Below, in pieces: positions 63,246 to 64,000 of a stretch of 64,000 nt of DNA; position 1 is the stretch's first letter, and every line of letters begins with the position of its first letter. Both the position numbers and the translations under genes were made by a program. The notes beneath the pieces were generated by a model, which was not told the origin of the DNA, made no database searches, and was given only the letters and a program-made list of their open reading frames with translations. The stretch is from Eledone cirrhosa (lineage: Eukaryota): NCBI GenBank assembly GCA_964016885.1, contig OZ024754.1:38378001-38442000 (forward strand). Reading direction: 5' to 3'.

Positions 63246-63423
63246 GGCAGTATCGGTAGAGAGTCGGACACCATGCTTTGAATCATAGTTACGTCCCTTT
63301 ATGATCTGAGTTCAAATCCTGCCGAGGTTAACTTTGCCTTTCATCCTTACAGGGTTGATAAAATAAAGTACCAGTAATGCACTGGGTAATTGCTGGCCTT
63401 GTGCCTAAAATAGAAACAATTAT
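63246..63423 (+). mobile_element. SINE family A
   Basis: Conserved motifs. Confidence 0.88.
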
Positions 63424-63433
63424 TTCAATATTA

Positions 63434-63503
<70 letters not shown>

Positions 63504-63513
63504 GATATATATA

Positions 63514-63668
63514 CACACTGTAAACATGGTTGGTGTTAGGAAGGGCATCCAGCCGTAGAAAACCCGCCAGATAGTCCTATAAGAGCAAGACAACCAATCT
63601 TGCCTCACATGGGACAATTCTCGTCTAAACCCATGCTAACGTGGAAGATAGACGTTAAATGATGATGA

Positions 63669-63672
<4 letters not shown>
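63514..63672 (+). mobile_element. RTE 3' UTR fragment in (TA)n
   Basis: Matches 43880-44045. Confidence 0.8.
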
Positions 63673-63727
<55 letters not shown>

Positions 63728-63819
63728 TGTGTGTGTATATATATATATACACCTGAGGGTGGAGTCTTCGACTTGGCCTGAGCATGGACTCAAACTCAAA
63801 TGAAATGAAATATATATAT

Positions 63820-64000
63820 GGAGTCACATGGCTTAGTGGTTAGAGCATTGGCCTTGCAATTGAAAGGTTGTGAGTTCAATTCTCAGACCGGGTGATGTGT
63901 TGTTTCCTTGAGCAAGACACTTTATTCCACATTGCTCCAGTTTACTCAGCTGTAGAAATGAGATGATAGGGACTGGGGTCCCTATCATTCCACTGCAAAG
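63820..64000 (+). mobile_element. SINE family B (cut by window end)
   Basis: tRNA-like head and CORE-like domain. Confidence 0.88.

Overview
AT-rich, microsatellite-dense animal genomic DNA. The SINE/RTE repeat complement resembles octopus or another coleoid cephalopod; this is an inference from recalled repeat motifs, not a database search. Two spliced protein-coding genes lie on the + strand. (i) The last five exons of an IFT43 (IFT-A subunit) orthologue: 13132-13181, 14174-14246, 18969-19041, 20337-20399 and 22736-22831, all GT-AG and phase-compatible. (ii) The promoter and first coding exon (33105-33223) of a PACS1/2-family gene; I could not find its next exon in the window. The rest is repeats: a young RTE LINE in two near-identical truncated copies, old RTE and CRE LINE fragments, a fossil hAT transposase, hAT/piggyBac/Tigger-like MITEs, two SINE families and many minisatellites. 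Nearly all long ORFs in the supplied track are repeat artefacts. The most notable observations are: (1) short (TA)n-embedded elements from several unrelated families that carry minimal type I hammerhead ribozyme motifs, usually followed by AATAAA, often with an asymmetric fold-back (Penelope-like/retrozyme-like signature); (2) an inverted duplicate of an IFT43 exon and its splice donor in the preceding intron, predicted to fold over a frame-preserving 63-nt exon; (3) a 2.5-kb 48-bp satellite derived from the RTE LINE 3' UTR.
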